From an uncultured Clostridium sp. (GTDB lineage: Bacteria; Bacillota_I; Bacilli_A; RF39; UBA660), in the NCBI GenBank assembly GCA_946414595.1, contig CAMKPE010000006.1:15953-79952 (forward strand): a stretch of 64,000 bases of DNA. Reading direction: 5' to 3'. The notes beneath the pieces were generated by a model. The model was not told where the DNA came from. It worked only from the letters and a program-made list of their open reading frames with translations, and searched no databases. Positions within the stretch are counted from its first letter, which is position 1; every line of letters starts with the position of its first letter. The translations under genes and the position numbers were made by a program. Shown in pieces: positions 59,701 to 64,000 of this stretch.

Positions 59701-61646
59701 AATTTATGTATTTCATCTTTTGATATTAATCTATCTAAATCACTAATCTTTTTATAGTTTTGATTAGAAAGTTTCATAAGCATTTTATGGAAAACTTTAG
59801 CTGTTCCATCAGCATCATAATCTGCTCTATGGTGTCCTTCTTCATCAAACTCAACATTGTATCTTTGCACAAGTGCTGATAGTGAATGTCTTGCAAATCC
59901 TTGATCTAGAGTTCTTGATAATTCAAGAGTATCTATTACTGTATTTTTAAATTCTCCTAAATCGTATTTCTTCATAGACATTTCTATAAATGAAATATCA
60001 AACTTGGCATTATGTGCGACCATTGGAGCATTTCCTGCCCATTCTAAAAATTTCTTTGTTACAGTCTTTTCATCTTCTTTACCTTTTAACATTTCATCTG
60101 TGATATTTGTTAATTCAGTTATCTTTTTAGGTAAAGGCCTTTTTGGATCAATTAACTCATCAAAGGTATCTGTTATCTCACCATTTTTAATCTTAACAGC
60201 ACCAATTTCGATCATTTGATCTCCACCAGCAGCATTAAAACCAGTTGTTTCAGTATCGAATACAACATACTTTGTATTAACAAGGTCTAAATCTGTTGGT
60301 CTATATACAATATTTACTGTATCATCAACAAGAGTTAATTCTGTTCCATATAAACATTTAAATCTCTTAAAGTTTTTAATTTTTTCTTCTAGCTCTTCTA
60401 ATTCTTTTTCTAAATCATGTTTTTTAACTTCATCAGTTTCTTTTTCTAAATCTTTTACTAAGTCTTTTTTCTGTTTATTTAGTTTTCCATTGTAAGAATT
60501 AACAAGTTCAAATGCAATTGGAAAAGCCTGGCATCCAGAGTGATCTGTTATTGCAACTGCAGAATACCCCATATCAATTGCATTGCTTACTAACTCACAT
60601 GTGTGTTTATCAAGGTCAAGTTTTGTAACTCCATCCATTTGACTCATCATTGTATGAGCATGAAGTTCTACTCTTTTAACTTCAGCATCATCAACAATTT
60701 TTTCATCTTTTTTATTTGATTTTGAAACATCATAAGCATTTAATACAAGTTCATTATTAGAGTACTCATCATTCTTTGTATTTCCTCTTAATATAACCCA
60801 TTTACCTATTTTAGTATTTTTAACAAGATTAGCATATTCTTCATCATCACGAACAAAAATCTTACAGAAAATACTGTCAGTATTATCACTTACTTTTAAA
60901 GTAAGGATTTTAAATGCTTTACTTTGAGGTACAAATTCTTCTATACCAAATATTTTTGCTTCTATAACAATATCACTATTTTCTCCTACTAGAGAACTTA
61001 TTTTAGTGATTGCTTCTTCATCTTTAATACAATTTCCAAAGATAGTATTTTCATCTACTTCTTTCTTTCTTCTTCTTGGGAAACCAAATGATTTTGGTTT
61101 TTCAACTGGCTCTACAAAAGGTCTACTCATTATCTCAGTTGATTCATCATCAATTTTCTCATCTATTGCTACTCTTATATTGTCATCAATTAAAATTGTA
61201 TCTTCAAAATCAGTTCCATATATAGATAAGAAACTTCTTAATTTAGATATTTCTCTATCTAAATCTTTCTTTTCTCTTGCATTAACTACTGTTAGGGTAA
61301 TACTGTTATCTGTTACTTCTATTTTGTCTTCTAATGCTTTTAGATTAGGAAGTGATTCATAACAATCCTCAAGTACTCTTTCATAGTTTTTCTTAAAGTA
61401 TTTACTAGAATCAGTTTGATTCTCAATTTTTAAATTAATAGTTGCTCCATCAAAATATTTAGAGAAAAGTGCTACTAATTCATTATATAGATCACATGGT
61501 AAGTCACCATCATTAGCTATTTCTATATATACAGTATTCTTTAAATCATCTGTTTTTGTTTTATTTATTTTTGCATTTAAAAAAAGGTTGAAATATGATT
61601 CATCCAAGTTGATTTTATTTAATATTTTGTGTAATTTCTCGTCCAT
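56706..61646 (-). CDS. polC: DNA polymerase III PolC-type alpha subunit (unusually long, 1646 aa)
   Basis: Has a PHP region [11 protein letters not shown], the exonuclease motif [10 protein letters not shown], a zinc module CTKCK...CPNCH, [25 protein letters not shown] and a C-terminal ...DESDQLSLF. Confidence 0.97.
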   Translation of the reverse strand: [1646 protein letters not shown]

Positions 61647-61665
61647 ATTCTAACCTCTTTCGTTT

Positions 61666-62502
61666 TTATGATTTATCTAATTCGTTTAATTTTATGATGT
61701 ATTTTTGATTAGTACAACAAAAGTCGATAAAACCACGCAAATCTACTTTTCTTAATTCCTTTTCAATAGGATATTTATCAATATCAAAAGGCATTTTATC
61801 TCTCATCATAAAACTAACTAGTTCTTCTCTATCAGCCCCTTGATACATTAAGAAATAAGGATATAATTGTTTCTTTAAAAGTTTTAATCTTTTTATACCT
61901 TCATTATATTTTGAAAATCCAGATACACGTGTATAGATTTCATTTGTTACAAGTAGATCTTCAATTGCTGTTACTATTTCTTTATTCTCTTCATGAAAAT
62001 CACATAATTCATATTTGATTGTTGTAAATAGAATTCTCATTATGGCTTTAAGTCCATCTTCAGTATCTTCTTTTTTACCCCAAACAATATTCTTCTTAGG
62101 ATTCTTCTTTAAATATTCAACATTATCAAAATAAGGATGTATAACCATTATTTGATAGTTGTTTTCTACTTTAAATCTTAATAGTTCTTTTAATGAAGAT
62201 TGGATTACTTTTTGATTAGAATCCCATATCTTCATTAAGAATCTTCTATATTTATCAGTTTGTTTCTTAACAAGTTTAAATTCATCACTATTAATAATAA
62301 AGTTATATATTGTATCGTCATCAGGAATAAAATCATTTGTATACTTTAATATCTCAACATTTTCTTTTTCAAGTTTCAAATATTCTTTTGAATAATTCTT
62401 CCATAGACGTTCTTTTAGTTCTTGTATTTCCTTTGAAATTGAAGGACGGAACAACAAGTTCCATGCTAGTAAGTAGTCATTTACTACGAACTGTATATTC
62501 AT
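61666..62502 (-). CDS. Hypothetical protein (278 aa) between dnaE and polC
   Basis: GGTGGTGA RBS. The gaps are 43 nt to the dnaE stop and 19 nt to the polC start. No family recognised. Confidence 0.6.
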   Translation of the reverse strand: MNIQFVVNDYLLAWNLLFRPSISKEIQELKERLWKNYSKEYLKLEKENVEILKYTNDFIPDDDTIYNFIINSDEFKLVKKQTDKYRRFLMKIWDSNQKVIQSSLKELLRFKVENNYQIMVIHPYFDNVEYLKKNPKKNIVWGKKEDTEDGLKAIMRILFTTIKYELCDFHEENKEIVTAIEDLLVTNEIYTRVSGFSKYNEGIKRLKLLKKQLYPYFLMYQGADREELVSFMMRDKMPFDIDKYPIEKELRKVDLRGFIDFCCTNQKYIIKLNELDKS

Positions 62503-62545
62503 ATAATCACCACCATTATTTATAATATTAATATATCACAAATCT

Positions 62546-64000
62546 CTATCTTTCACTAACAATTTTAGCTTTTTCGACAATTATTTGGATTGCGTTTCTC
62601 TTTTCTACTTTTCCTTGTACTAGTAGTATATCCCCTTTGTTCAAATCCTTAATAGTATCATAAGATTTTGAGAATGCTGTTAACTCAATTGATGCTATTT
62701 CATCACTTCCGGTAATGAATGCCATTTCATTACCTTTTTTATCTTTATGTACTTTTATTTTTTCAACTAATACGATTACATCGATTATTTTACCTATATA
62801 GTTTTTAACATCATTGATATTAATCACTTTATATTTATCTTTATATTTAGTAGTCGGATGATAACTTAAATAGAAACCAAACAATTCTTTTTCTTTGGCC
62901 ATTAGCTCATCGCTTGATAACTCTTCTTGCTCATTAATTGATGGATGTTCTACTAAATCAGAAGAAAGTCCTTTAGCAATAAAGGCAAACGTTAATAAGT
63001 TATCTAAGTTTGTTAATAGAGTATTTTTGTTATAACCAAACGAATCAAAACAAGATGCATATATTAATGATTCAATTGTCTTCTTATTAATTCCTATTTC
63101 AGTTAATTTAGTTAAACATTCAAAGATATCTTTGAATCCTTTACCTCTTACATTAACTATATCAAGTGCAGTACTTACTCCAATATTTCTAATATTAGAA
63201 AGTGGGAATAATACTCCATCGTCAACAATCTCATATTTTTCAGTACTCTTATTAATATCTGGTAAATAGAATTTAACTCCAATCGATCTTGCTTCTCTTA
63301 CAATTGAAGAAGTTTTATAATCATTTCCAATTATCATTGATAATAAACTTAAAAAGAAATATTTTGGATAATGTACTTTTAAATATGCCATTTTATAAGC
63401 GATTATTGAATATGCTACTGCATGTGATTTGTTAAATCCATATTCTGCGAATGCAAGTATATCTTCATAATACTTCTTAGCAGTTGCATAGTCATAGCCA
63501 TTCTTTATTGATCCTTCAATAAACTTCTCTTCTTGTACTTTTAATAAGTCTTTTTTCTTTTTAGACATGGCTCTTCTTAATAAATCAGCTTCAGATAAAG
63601 TGAATCCTGCCATAACGTTAGCAATTTGCATTATCTGCTCTTGATATACTAAAACTCCATACGTTGGCTCTAATATTTTTCTTAAAGCTTCATTTGGATA
63701 TTCTATTTTAATCTTGTTATTTTTTCTTTCGATATAAGTATTTGTATCAGGTCCTGGTCTTACTAAGGCATCTGCTGCAACTATATCACTAAACTCTTCT
63801 ACTTTAAGATTCTTAAGTAGATTTTTCATTGTATCACTTTCAAATTGGAATATTCCATTAGTATTAACATTATAGAATAATTTCAAAGTATCTTTATCAT
63901 CTAATGGTATATTTAAAAAGCTTATCTCAATACCTTCTTTTTCTTTAATACTTTCTATTATTTCCATAACAGTTGTAAGATTTCTATTACCTAAGAAGTC
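62546..64000 (-). CDS. dnaE: DNA polymerase III alpha subunit DnaE, C-terminal part (the N-terminus lies beyond the window)
   Basis: The frame is open to position 64000; the upstream codons read DFLGNRNLTTV, matching the DnaE DFLGLRNLT motif. Also contains FQFES, ALVRPGP, FNKSHAVAYS and a C-terminal OB fold. Confidence 0.92.
   Translation of the reverse strand, partial: DFLGNRNLTTVMEIIESIKEKEGIEISFLNIPLDDKDTLKLFYNVNTNGIFQFESDTMKNLLKNLKVEEFSDIVAADALVRPGPDTNTYIERKNNKIKIEYPNEALRKILEPTYGVLVYQEQIMQIANVMAGFTLSEADLLRRAMSKKKKDLLKVQEEKFIEGSIKNGYDYATAKKYYEDILAFAEYGFNKSHAVAYSIIAYKMAYLKVHYPKYFFLSLLSMIIGNDYKTSSIVREARSIGVKFYLPDINKSTEKYEIVDDGVLFPLSNIRNIGVSTALDIVNVRGKGFKDIFECLTKLTEIGINKKTIESLIYASCFDSFGYNKNTLLTNLDNLLTFAFIAKGLSSDLVEHPSINEQEELSSDELMAKEKELFGFYLSYHPTTKYKDKYKVININDVKNYIGKIIDVIVLVEKIKVHKDKKGNEMAFITGSDEIASIELTAFSKSYDTIKDLNKGDILLVQGKVEKRNAIQIIVEKAKIVSER

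Noticed and set aside
57975-60495. Whether the PolC extra segments are inteins or inserted mobile DNA.
   Set aside because: There are no Cys/Ser/Thr plus His-Asn splice-junction signatures and no homing-endonuclease motifs. The composition is simply K/E-rich and in-frame, matching the host's AT-rich codon usage.

Overview
Visibly AT-rich Bacillota (Firmicutes) chromosome segment; I did not compute exact GC. About 58 CDS and 3 tRNAs are called, and all but three CDS sit on the minus strand. This fits a PolC-type, leading-strand-biased core region. Content is mainly housekeeping. Reading along the minus strand from high to low coordinates: dnaE (partial), an unknown ORF, polC, a pilin-like gene plus a mini-lipoprotein, a 905-aa sigma-70 paralogue, a non-coding unit, dnaG-sigA-trmK, spoVID-like and ysxE-like genes, a second pilin-like gene, a Val T-box with an HDIG gene and valS, fmt, tRNA-Ile/Asn/Glu, a cysteine desulfurase and thioredoxin genes, radC-mreC-mreD-spoIVFA/B-like, murE, sigK, a NodB deacetylase and a surface protein, yqeG-yqeH, a hydrolase, a murF-like gene and ddl, topA, two DUF3419-like paralogues, polA-mutM, truB, a T-box with hisS-aspS, pyk, lon and uppP (partial). 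The sporulation genes (pro-sigma-K, an M50 protease, SpoVID/YsxE-like) indicate a spore-former, possibly Erysipelotrichia- or Clostridia-like, but that placement is a guess. I recognised no transposase, integrase, CRISPR array or known defence system, so this is core genome rather than an island. The least ordinary items are: (1) a sigma-70 paralogue with a housekeeping-type core plus large N- and C-terminal extensions, the latter carrying extra sigma-4-like HTH repeats; (2) a terminator-bounded roughly 430-bp non-coding unit between that gene and dnaG; (3) an apparent dnaE-ORF-polC operon; (4) two orphan type-IV-pilin-like genes; (5) a His/Cys-rich tail on HisRS; and (6) a MurF-type ligase whose N-terminal domain is replaced by a polytopic membrane region. 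All calls come from reading the translations and sequence by eye; no searches were run.
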